This document shows, piece after piece, positions 10,127-18,125 of a DNA stretch of 64,000 nt. The notes below the pieces were generated by a model that saw only the letters and a list, made by a program, of their open reading frames with translations, searched no databases and was not told the DNA's origin. The stretch lies in the NCBI GenBank assembly GCA_017425065.1, contig JAFPJV010000024.1:8410-72409 (forward strand). The letters are read 5' to 3'. How positions within the stretch are numbered: position 1 is the stretch's first letter; the number at the start of each line of letters is the position of its first letter. A program made the translations under genes and the position numbers. The DNA comes from Paludibacteraceae bacterium (GTDB taxonomy: Bacteria; Bacteroidota; Bacteroidia; Bacteroidales; Paludibacteraceae).

Positions 10127-10158
10127 TGCATTTTATGATATCGAAATCAGCATTCCGT

Positions 10159-11142
10159 TTAACGGAATCCGATAATCTGTCTTACTTCGCGAAGGGTCTT
10201 CTCGGCGGATTCACTGGCGCGTTCGGCGCCATCACGGATCACTTGCTGCATGTATTGTTCATCGGCAGAATATGCCAATATCTTCTCGCGTATCGGAGCA
10301 CAGAAAGCATTGATATCGGCAGCCAGTTGCTTCTTGAGATCGCCGTAACGGATCTGCATGTTGTTGTAGAGGTCGTTATAGTAGTCGTAGGCCTCTTGTC
10401 CGGAAACGAGTTCCAGCAACGTAAAGAGATTTTTTATCGGCTCCGGCTTCACCTGATTAAGCATCGTAGGACCGGCATCCGTCACGGCTCGCATGACTTT
10501 CTTTTTGATCGTAGCCTCATCGTCGCACAGATAGATGCAGTTGCCTTCTGACTTACCCATCTTGCCACTTCCGTCCAGACCGGGTACCTTGACCGCCTCG
10601 GCTGTATAATGGAACGACTCAGGCTCCTTGAAGTACTCCACCTCATAAATACGGTTAAACCGGCGTGCAAACAGACGTGCCATTTCCATATTCTGCTCCT
10701 GATCCTTACCCACAGGCACTTTGTCCGCCTTATGCATCAGGATATCGGCAGCCATGAGCGTCGGGTATGTGAGCAGACCGGCATTGACATTGTCGGGCTG
10801 CTTGCGCACTTTTTCTTTGAAACTCGTCACGCGCTCCAACTCGCCCAAATAGGCATTCATATTGAAATAGAGATAGAGTTCCAAGACCTGTTTCACGTCG
10901 GACTGGATATATATCGGTGCTTTTTTCGGGTCTATGCCGCACGCTAAATATTCGGACAGGATAGTACGCGCCGACTGACGGATATTATCCGGCTTCGGAT
11001 GGGTGGTAAGCGAGTGCCAGTCGGCGATGAAGAACATACAATCGTACTCGTCTTGCATCTTCACAAAACTCTTCACTGCTCCGAAATAATTGCCTAAATG
11101 CAGATTTCCGGTCGGACGTATGCCGCTAATAACACGTTCCAT
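10159..11142 (-). CDS. trpS: Tryptophanyl-tRNA synthetase
   Basis: GIRPTGNLHLGNYFGA (HIGH region) and KMGKSEGN (KMSKS region). Length is 327 aa. Confidence 0.9.
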   Translation of the reverse strand: MERVISGIRPTGNLHLGNYFGAVKSFVKMQDEYDCMFFIADWHSLTTHPKPDNIRQSARTILSEYLACGIDPKKAPIYIQSDVKQVLELYLYFNMNAYLGELERVTSFKEKVRKQPDNVNAGLLTYPTLMAADILMHKADKVPVGKDQEQNMEMARLFARRFNRIYEVEYFKEPESFHYTAEAVKVPGLDGSGKMGKSEGNCIYLCDDEATIKKKVMRAVTDAGPTMLNQVKPEPIKNLFTLLELVSGQEAYDYYNDLYNNMQIRYGDLKKQLAADINAFCAPIREKILAYSADEQYMQQVIRDGAERASESAEKTLREVRQIIGFR

Positions 11143-11210
11143 TGTATATTTTCGATTTATGTTTGGATTAATGACCGTTATTTCACTCTCTAAAGGACTT
11201 CTTTATTCTT

Positions 11211-11669
11211 TTATATATCTATTGGTAATGTCCTGCTGATGCGTTGCTCCAGCGCTGTCAGCGTCTCGGTATTTGCAACGCCACGAATTGACTGAATACG
11301 CGAGTTGAGCAAATACAACAGATGCTTGTCGTCCTTGGCGTACAATTTTATAATCATCGAGTACGTACCCAACGTAAACTGCGACTCAACCACTTCGGGT
11401 ATCTTCTCGAGTTCCTCGCAAACCTCATTGTACATCGAACCATTCTCCAGACTCAAACCGATATATACGCACAGCTGATAGCCCAGTTGTTTCGGGTCGA
11501 TATGATAAGCCGAGCCTATTATCACGCCGTTGTCAAACATCTTCTGCACACGTTGATGAATAGCTGCGCGACTCACGCCGCAAGCGTCTGCCACATCCTT
11601 GAACGGAATACGCGCATTCTGCGTGATAATCTTCAAAATCTTGCGATCCAACTCATCTAATTTTTCCAT
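11211..11669 (-). CDS. Lrp/AsnC-family transcriptional regulator
   Basis: N-terminal HTH (LDELDRKILKIITQNARIPFKDVADACGVSRAAIHQRV) plus a RAM domain. Length is 152 aa. Confidence 0.85.
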   Translation of the reverse strand: MEKLDELDRKILKIITQNARIPFKDVADACGVSRAAIHQRVQKMFDNGVIIGSAYHIDPKQLGYQLCVYIGLSLENGSMYNEVCEELEKIPEVVESQFTLGTYSMIIKLYAKDDKHLLYLLNSRIQSIRGVANTETLTALEQRISRTLPIDI

Positions 11670-11698
11670 GATAGATTTTTTTTGTTACAATTTGGGCG

Positions 11699-11706
11699 CA
11701 AAGTTA
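11699..11706 (-). promoter_or_regulatory. -7 box TAACTTTG for the lrp-like gene
   Basis: Reverse complement of caaagtta, with an upstream A-tract and a CTTGCATATAT element. Confidence 0.55.
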
Positions 11707-11738
11707 CTACTTTTTTTGGATATATGCAAGTTTTTTTG

Positions 11739-11746
11739 TACTTTTG
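11739..11746 (+). promoter_or_regulatory. -7 box TACTTTTG for the O-methyltransferase gene
   Basis: It lies 20 nt upstream of the ATG at 11766. This makes the 11682 start in the ORF track unlikely. Confidence 0.55.
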
Positions 11747-11765
11747 CACGCAATTTTATAGAAAT

Positions 11766-12410
11766 ATGACACTCAACGACTATATTGAGCAGATGTCCTC
11801 CCCCGAAAATGAGGCTTTGCAATTCATTACGCGCGATACCAACATCCACGTGCTCAACCCCCATATGCTTTCCGGACAGATTCAGGGACGCATGCTGAGT
11901 ATGCTGAGCCGGATGATACGTCCACGCCGCATTTTGGAACTTGGCACCTTTACCGGCTACTCCGCTCTCTGTCTGGCAGAAGGACTTACGGACGACGGAA
12001 ACCTGCTGACAATTGAGCATAACGACGAGTTGGAAACCACTATCCGCCGAAACCTGTCGCTCAGTCCGTTGGGCAAGAAAATCGACCTCGTGATAGGGGA
12101 TGCGCGGAAGGAACTGTCGAATGGACAATGGACAATGGACAATGGACAATTCGACTTGGTCTTCATCGACGCCGACAAACGGGAATATTCCGACTATCTG
12201 GATTTGGTCTATCCGTTGGTTCCCGTCGGAGGCTGGATACTCGCGGACAACGTGCTGTGGGATGGACATATCATCGATCCGGCATATGATCGCGACAAGC
12301 AGACGTTAGGTCTCCGTGCCTTCAACGAGAAAGTGCGTCAAGACGACCGGCTGGAAAAAGTAATCCTCCCTCTTCGCGACGGACTGACTATTATTCAGAA
12401 AATCCTCTAA
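11766..12410 (+). CDS. Class I SAM-dependent O-methyltransferase (family 3, caffeoyl-CoA OMT-like)
   Basis: ILELGTFTGYSALCLA SAM-binding motif and FDLVFIDADKREY motif. The start is moved to M29 (11766) because of the promoter position. Confidence 0.8.
   Translation: MTLNDYIEQMSSPENEALQFITRDTNIHVLNPHMLSGQIQGRMLSMLSRMIRPRRILELGTFTGYSALCLAEGLTDDGNLLTIEHNDELETTIRRNLSLSPLGKKIDLVIGDARKELSNGQWTMDNGQFDLVFIDADKREYSDYLDLVYPLVPVGGWILADNVLWDGHIIDPAYDRDKQTLGLRAFNEKVRQDDRLEKVILPLRDGLTIIQKIL
12121..12150 (+). repeat. In-frame heptamer array (ATGGACA/GGACAAT) x4 inside the methyltransferase gene
   Basis: atggaca atggaca atggaca atggaca at encodes NGQWTMDNGQ. A 29-nt stretch is identical to 33580-33608. Confidence 0.9.
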
Positions 12411-12411
12411 C

Positions 12412-13443
12412 TCAACGCAGACGCTTCGCATAATGAAGCTGCTCATCATCGGTATTCTCTAAAATCGCAACGATATCCTCCAGGATTTCTTCGGGATGAA
12501 CGACACCTCGTTCCCAGAAGTTGTTACGTCCTTCACGGAATTGCCCGCGCCAGTTATAGACGCGACCGTTTTTGTATGCCCGGAACCAGGTGTGTTTCTC
12601 GTCCAATTCTTTCAGCTCGTCCAGCGAAGCCGCCTGCGCGCCTATCCAAGCATCTGCCTCGGTAAACTGATGTAGCACCTGTTCGATTGTTAGCGGGATA
12701 CTCTCCTCACGGATATCCGAATAGTAGGGATAAGCCGCCCCGGCATCCTTGAGCAGGTAGCCCATATAGGTATGGCCACTTGGCATATACCATGTACCAC
12801 GGAAATTATTGCCCACCATGACCGAGCATGAATCCTTCTGGTGTTTCTGATGTGCAACAGACGTGGTCTTGTAGCGTTGCTCTATCTCCGCAAAGATTGA
12901 ATCCGCCTCCGGCAGACGGCCTACCAAAGCACCCACAAAACGAATCCACTCGGCACGTGCCAACGGCGTTGACTCACGCCATTCGTTGATATATATGGTA
13001 CGAACACCTAATTTCTCAAGCCGCTCAGCCTCCGGATTGCTTTGGCCGTAAGAGACAACCAAGAAGGCGTCCAAATTCGCCTGCAAAGCTTGTTCGGCAG
13101 AAGGCTTCATCGAGTCACCCAAACCCATAGGCTTACCCGGAAGCGACGTGTAAATCAGTTCCGGATTACATACAGCCACTATACTGTTTAATGCATTCAG
13201 TTCGTTAAGAAAACCTACCTGCGTTACGCTCGAAGTGCCCAGACGCTGCAACGGTTGAGAGATACGATACGTCGTATATGGCTCCATGACCTCCAGAAGC
13301 AAACAACTGTCCTCTTCGGTGATACGAAAACCCGTAGCATACTTGTTGCTCAGCGGCACACTGTTCTCTGTCTGTTTTGTTTGACATCCCCAAACGGCGC
13401 TCATCAAGAGCAGGAATATAACACAACGATAGAAACGGTTCAT
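12412..13443 (-). CDS. ABC-transporter periplasmic substrate-binding lipoprotein (iron/B12-siderophore type)
   Basis: Lipobox AVWGC. The overall class-8 binding-protein pattern fits; length is 343 aa. The family assignment is from memory only. Confidence 0.6.
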   Translation of the reverse strand: MNRFYRCVIFLLLMSAVWGCQTKQTENSVPLSNKYATGFRITEEDSCLLLEVMEPYTTYRISQPLQRLGTSSVTQVGFLNELNALNSIVAVCNPELIYTSLPGKPMGLGDSMKPSAEQALQANLDAFLVVSYGQSNPEAERLEKLGVRTIYINEWRESTPLARAEWIRFVGALVGRLPEADSIFAEIEQRYKTTSVAHQKHQKDSCSVMVGNNFRGTWYMPSGHTYMGYLLKDAGAAYPYYSDIREESIPLTIEQVLHQFTEADAWIGAQAASLDELKELDEKHTWFRAYKNGRVYNWRGQFREGRNNFWERGVVHPEEILEDIVAILENTDDEQLHYAKRLR

Positions 13444-13449
13444 AACGAA

Positions 13450-14700
13450 TCAGTATTTTATTCTTTTCAGCATACCAATCAATGCGCGCTGGCAGGCACG
13501 GTCTGTGACCTGTGAGCGCAGACGTCCCAAATGGAAACATTCGGCCGTCGTACCATTCGGCGTAGCCCATGCTATCCATACTGTGCCAACGGGTTTCTCT
13601 GCGCTGCCCCCGTCCGGACCTGCAATACCGCTGGTAGCAATAGCAAAATCCGTCTTCATTAGTCTGCGAACGCCGTCCGCCATTTCGCAAACAACCGCTT
13701 CGCTTACCGCGCCGTACTGTCGGAGCGAGTCTTCACGGACACCAAGCACCTCATGTTTCACCCGATTATCATATGCTACGACCGAACCCATATAGAAAGC
13801 CGAACTGCCGGCATGTCGGTTCAGCAGCGACGCCAATTTGCCTCCGGTGCACGACTCAGCAGTAGCTATCGTAGCATGATGGGCACGAAGCACTTCGCCG
13901 ACATGCACCTCTATCGGACGGTCGTCGGTAACAATCAGATAGTCATGTACGATGAATTGAAGCCGGTCGAACATGGTGTCTATTTGCTGAGTTGCTTCCT
14001 TCCCATAGGCACTCAGACGCAACCGTATTATGCCATCTTTCGGCAAGTATGCCAAATGAATATCCTGTGGCAAGTTGTTCTCAAAGTTCTCCAACAGAAT
14101 AGCCAAGGATGATTCAGGAATACCGCAGACCTGCAGCGTCCTATGAATAATAGTCTGATTGCTGACAGCTGACAGCTGACGGCTGATATACGGCATGATC
14201 TGCTCGGTCATGGCGATCTCCATTTCATAAGGTACGCCCGGCAGACAGAAGAGATATTTCTCACCGCGCCGGAATACCATCAGCGGTGCACTACCTACTC
14301 TATTCTCCAATATTTCGGCCGCTTCCGGCACTTGCCATTGCGTTGCCGTCATTCGGTTCAACACGTCCGGACGGTCTTTGTACAAATGCTCGATATGCGC
14401 ACGCACGCGCGCATCTTCTATAAGGTGCGTTTCGAAGTAGTCACACAGCACTTGCTTGGTAATATCATCTTTTGTCGGTCCGAGGCCACCGGTAGTTATC
14501 ACGATGTCAGCATGCGAGAACGCATCGTCCAGTGCTTCGATGATTTGCCGGCGGTCATCGTGAATAGAGACGATTCGTTCCAATACGATACCGCACTCGT
14601 TGAGTCGCTCAGCCATAAAAGCCGAGTTGGTGTCCACTACCTGGCCGATTAGCAACTCATCGCCGATAGTGATTATTTCTGCGCACATTGTTTTTTCCAT
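13450..14700 (-). CDS. cinA: CinA: competence/damage-inducible protein, nicotinamide-nucleotide amidase
   Basis: IITIGDELLIGQVVDTNS MoCF-type N-domain and a C-terminal PncC domain (ATAESCTGG). Length is 416 aa. Confidence 0.9.
   Translation of the reverse strand: MEKTMCAEIITIGDELLIGQVVDTNSAFMAERLNECGIVLERIVSIHDDRRQIIEALDDAFSHADIVITTGGLGPTKDDITKQVLCDYFETHLIEDARVRAHIEHLYKDRPDVLNRMTATQWQVPEAAEILENRVGSAPLMVFRRGEKYLFCLPGVPYEMEIAMTEQIMPYISRQLSAVSNQTIIHRTLQVCGIPESSLAILLENFENNLPQDIHLAYLPKDGIIRLRLSAYGKEATQQIDTMFDRLQFIVHDYLIVTDDRPIEVHVGEVLRAHHATIATAESCTGGKLASLLNRHAGSSAFYMGSVVAYDNRVKHEVLGVREDSLRQYGAVSEAVVCEMADGVRRLMKTDFAIATSGIAGPDGGSAEKPVGTVWIAWATPNGTTAECFHLGRLRSQVTDRACQRALIGMLKRIKY
14154..14188. repeat. 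In-frame heptamer array [G/T]CTGA[C/T]N x5 inside cinA
   Basis: tctgatt gctgaca gctgaca gctgacg gctgata. On the minus strand it encodes ...SRQLSAVSNQ... in the interdomain region. Confidence 0.8.
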
Positions 14701-15260
14701 TCTGTTGCAGTCAGTTCGAGTTCTTCATACCACGTCTCGCCAAAACGACGAATAAGCGGTTCTTTTAGAAATTTATACAGGGGCACATGCAGTTTGCTAC
14801 CCAATTGACGGGCACAATGGCAAATGTCCCAACGATGATATTCTACGCCTGTCATATCCCCTATCCGATTCAGACGAATGGGATACAGATGGCAGGAAAT
14901 AGGTTTCTTAAAGTCAATCCGTCCGGCATGAAAAGCCTTCTCTATCAGACAGTAGCACCAGCCTTGATGGTTGGTTCGGGCGAAAATGCAATCCTTGTCG
15001 TTGACGATGGATGTGACGCGTTCGCCGGTGGGATCCAGATACGAAATGCCTTGCTTCTCCACCACAGCTCGTGCTTCGGGCGTCATGTCCGGCAGCAGGA
15101 GTGGCAATATCGACTCCACTTTCTGCACCTCTTCGTCGCTGATAGGTGCACCGGCGTCTCCCTCCACACAACAGCAACCGCGGCAACGCTCCAAGTCGCA
15201 GCAGAATTCTTTCTCCAGCACATCGAGACTAACCAGTGTATTTCCGCCGATTACAAACAT
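14673..15260 (-). CDS. DUF3109-family Cys-rich protein
   Basis: CCDLERCRGCCCVEGD cluster. Length is 195 aa. Confidence 0.65.
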   Translation of the reverse strand: MFVIGGNTLVSLDVLEKEFCCDLERCRGCCCVEGDAGAPISDEEVQKVESILPLLLPDMTPEARAVVEKQGISYLDPTGERVTSIVNDKDCIFARTNHQGWCYCLIEKAFHAGRIDFKKPISCHLYPIRLNRIGDMTGVEYHRWDICHCARQLGSKLHVPLYKFLKEPLIRRFGETWYEELELTATEWKKQCAQK

Positions 15261-15811
15261 ACGCCTTCTACCCAGATTTTCAGACCTATCGCTATCAATA
15301 TAATACCGCCTATCAGTTCTACATTCAGCCGGAAACGCCTGCCTACATACTTACCGATATGATAGCCTCCCAAAGCGAACAACAGGCTGACTACTCCGAT
15401 ACTCCCTACACCTGTCCATAAACATTCGGGCACGGGGATAAATATGACACCTGTAGCCAAGGCATCGATAGAGGTCGCCACAGCAAGCACAAACAAGTGA
15501 GGTATCGACCAGTTAGCCGCAGGCAGGTCATCCTTCGCGTGGAGCGACCCCCATATCATTTTTCCGCCTATAAAAAACAACAAGGCCATGGCAATCCATG
15601 GGGCATAGACACGAAAGAAATCGGCAAACAGCGAGCCGGCAAAATAGCCGATCAGAGGCATTCCTCCCTGAAACAAACCGAAGAGCAACGCCATCAGCAC
15701 CGGTCGTGGATGCACATTGCTCCCGTCGGACGACAGGCCTTGTGCGAAACTCACTGCAAAGCAGTCCATTGCCAGACCGACGGCTATAATAATGATGGTA
15801 AGAAGATTCAT
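15251..15811 (-). CDS. mntP: Manganese efflux pump MntP
   Basis: Six-TM protein starting IIAVGLAMDCFAVS, with the motif repeated internally (ATSIDALATG). Length is 186 aa. Confidence 0.85.
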   Translation of the reverse strand: MNLLTIIIIAVGLAMDCFAVSFAQGLSSDGSNVHPRPVLMALLFGLFQGGMPLIGYFAGSLFADFFRVYAPWIAMALLFFIGGKMIWGSLHAKDDLPAANWSIPHLFVLAVATSIDALATGVIFIPVPECLWTGVGSIGVVSLLFALGGYHIGKYVGRRFRLNVELIGGIILIAIGLKIWVEGVCL

Positions 15812-15863
15812 AAAAGACAGCTTTCTGCTTTCGACTTGTTTACGGCTCCGGAGCCACTCCGGC

Positions 15864-15898
15864 TCTTTACTCTTAGCTCTTAACTCTTATCTCTTAAA
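15864..15898. repeat. Heptamer array TCTTANC x5 spanning the def stop codon
   Basis: tctttac tcttagc tcttaac tcttatc tcttaaa. The def stop codon (15887-15889, minus strand) lies inside the array. Confidence 0.8.
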
Positions 15899-16432
15899 CT
15901 TATATCGTGCCCCTGTCTTGCCCTTGGCGATATTCGTCAGTTTGCCTTTGCAGAACTGGCGGCGGATGGGCGAGATACGGTCGGTGAACACATGTGCTTC
16001 CAAGTGATCATACTCGTGGAGGATGATACGTGCGCAGAAACCGGTATAGGTCTCTTCGTGTTCTTGGAAGTCCTCGTCCAGGTAATTGATAGTCACCGAC
16101 TCGGGACGAACGACATTCTCCGATATACCGGGCAGCGACAGACAACCTTCGCTGTACGTGGATGTCTTGTCCGACAACTCAACTATCTCCGGATTGATAA
16201 AGGTCTTCTTGAAGCCTTTGCACTCGGGATAGTCTTCCTCCAGTTCGCTGCCATCCACGATGAATACGCGCCAGCTCTTGCCCACTTGCGGCGCTGCCAG
16301 CCCGCATCCCTCGGCCTGAGTCAGCGTCTCGTACATATCGGCAATCAGTTGCTTCAGTTCCGGCGTATTCTCCACCTCTTCGGTCTCCTTGCGCAGCACC
16401 GGCTGTCCATATAAATAAATAGGAAGGATCAT
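15887..16432 (-). CDS. def: Peptide deformylase
   Basis: GCGLAAPQ, EGCLSLPG and HEYDHLE metal-binding motifs. Confidence 0.9.
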   Translation of the reverse strand: MILPIYLYGQPVLRKETEEVENTPELKQLIADMYETLTQAEGCGLAAPQVGKSWRVFIVDGSELEEDYPECKGFKKTFINPEIVELSDKTSTYSEGCLSLPGISENVVRPESVTINYLDEDFQEHEETYTGFCARIILHEYDHLEAHVFTDRISPIRRQFCKGKLTNIAKGKTGARYKFKR

Positions 16433-16848
16433 TCAATTTTCAATTTCTCGAGGTATCCCTCGAGTATAATGCATGCCGCAATTTTATCCACTACGGCCTT
16501 GTCTTGTCGGTCTTTGCGCCGCATACCGCCGTCAATCATGGCTTTGTGCGCCAAAACCGACGTGAAACGCTCGTCGTACATCGTCACCGGCATGTCGGGA
16601 AACTGTTTGCGAAACTGCCCGAGAAACGGCCGGATATAGTTCATCGACTCCGATTCCTCGCCGTTCATCTGCGTCGGATGACCTACAACGACCTGATCCA
16701 CAGCCTCGCGCGAGAAATAGTCGCGAAGCCAGTTCATCAGTTCGCGCGTCTCGACAGTAAGCAACGGATTAGCCGTTATGCGGAGCGGATCCGTAACGGC
16801 TAATCCTGTACGTCTGCGACCGAAGTCTATGGCGAGAATACGTCCCAA
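16429..16848 (-). CDS. ruvX: Holliday-junction resolvase-like nuclease RuvX/YqgF
   Basis: ILAIDFGRRRTGLAV start. Length is 139 aa. A 4-nt overlap with def. Confidence 0.9.
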   Translation of the reverse strand: MGRILAIDFGRRRTGLAVTDPLRITANPLLTVETRELMNWLRDYFSREAVDQVVVGHPTQMNGEESESMNYIRPFLGQFRKQFPDMPVTMYDERFTSVLAHKAMIDGGMRRKDRQDKAVVDKIAACIILEGYLEKLKIE

Positions 16849-16854
16849 TGCGGT

Positions 16855-18123
16855 TTATTGCAGCGCTTTGATCTGCTTTTCAATTTTTTCATACTTGGCC
16901 TGCATGCCCGGCTCCTTGCGGAAACGGAAATAGAGGCTCTTCAACTGCGACAGGTTGCCGATATCTTCGGGATTCAGTTCGGCAGCTTTCTCGAAGTACT
17001 CGATCGGAGCGTGATACATCGCATTCTTGGTCTTCTCCGCATCGTCCAATGCTTTGCCGCGCAGGTTGCCGCTGATTCCGTTGTCGAAGATGACAGCCTG
17101 GTTGTATTTGATACGACCGATACCGGCATAGGCATTTGCGCTCTTCGGATCCAGCTCGATAGCCTTCTCGTAGGTAGCCAATGCGTCGGTGTAGCGGCTC
17201 AAGCTCTCCAGCATGCCGGCTTTGGCAACGTAGTACTGCGTCGAATTCGGTTCGCGCACGATAGCCTCGTCCAGATACTCAATGGCTTTCTGCTGCTGAT
17301 TGGAATAGACGTAGAAGTTGATCATGTTCTGGATGAACCACGGCTCTTCCGGAAAGTTCTTCACGCCGCGTTTGAGCGAGGCTTCCATACCTACCGAGTC
17401 ATTCTGCGCTTTGTATGCCTCATAGAGCATCTCCGTCAAGCGTTTTGCCTTATAGACATTCTCTATCTTCAGCATTTTCTCGATCATCTCGATAGCCTCG
17501 GGATACATCTCTGCAGCGAAAGCAAAGTTAACAGCATAGTACATATACTCCTGATATACTGTATCTTTCGGCATCTTCTCCTGCAGTTTCTCCTCCTGCA
17601 TCATGGGCAGATCAGGAATCGAGCAGTGCATGCGGAATGCGTTGTAGGCAGCCTTCATGTCGTTCTTGCCTTGCATCTCGGCGCCGTATTTCACCAGTTC
17701 CTGATTCTGGTAGTACTGCAGCATCTTGGTCTGGATACTCTTGCGGGTCTTCGGATCGGCCATCACATCGCGGCCTTTCTTGTCCTGGACGATAGCCGAA
17801 GCCAATTTGTCGGCTTCAATCCAGTACTCGCAACTCTCATATACAGCGGCACCTACCTCTGCATAGTTGATCTGATGCGTAGGATCTTCGTAAATCATAT
17901 CGGCCTCAGCTTTCAGTTGGCGATAGCCGATCTCACCGGCCAGATACCATGTCATCGGCAGGTCTTTGGTCTCCGGATTGTTGATAGCCTGACGGATAGC
18001 GGCGCGGGCACCGGCATAATCCTTCTTAGAGGTCAGCTTCTTGGCTTCTTTCAGGTTGGCCTGTTGGGCGCAGACAACGGCACTCATGAGCACCAATGCT
18101 GCCATCAATAATGTCTTTTTCAT
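16855..18123 (-). CDS. Secreted TPR-repeat protein
   Basis: Signal peptide followed by multiple TPR-like helical repeats. Length is 422 aa. Confidence 0.65.
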   Translation of the reverse strand: MKKTLLMAALVLMSAVVCAQQANLKEAKKLTSKKDYAGARAAIRQAINNPETKDLPMTWYLAGEIGYRQLKAEADMIYEDPTHQINYAEVGAAVYESCEYWIEADKLASAIVQDKKGRDVMADPKTRKSIQTKMLQYYQNQELVKYGAEMQGKNDMKAAYNAFRMHCSIPDLPMMQEEKLQEKMPKDTVYQEYMYYAVNFAFAAEMYPEAIEMIEKMLKIENVYKAKRLTEMLYEAYKAQNDSVGMEASLKRGVKNFPEEPWFIQNMINFYVYSNQQQKAIEYLDEAIVREPNSTQYYVAKAGMLESLSRYTDALATYEKAIELDPKSANAYAGIGRIKYNQAVIFDNGISGNLRGKALDDAEKTKNAMYHAPIEYFEKAAELNPEDIGNLSQLKSLYFRFRKEPGMQAKYEKIEKQIKALQ

Positions 18124-18125
18124 AA

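Noticed and set aside
11682-11765. Upstream start for the O-methyltransferase ORF (MLQFGRKVTTFFGYMQVFLYFCTQFYRN)
   Set aside because: This segment is the translation of the divergent promoter region, including the TACTTTTG box at 11739-11746. The conserved methyltransferase fold begins after M29.
16858-18111. 417-aa ORF on the plus strand, spanning nearly the same coordinates as the TPR gene 16855-18123
   Set aside because: It is antisense to a well-supported gene. Its composition is L/V/H/R/Q-rich and low-complexity, and no promoter box or sensible start context is present. The same reasoning applies to the other long antisense ORFs: 56752-58434, 19155-20549, 18285-19154, 27837-29072, 34792-35892, 38193-38942, 43687-44925, 45040-46140, 46930-48378, 50719-51609, 52081-53250, 59370-60488 and 60575-61441.
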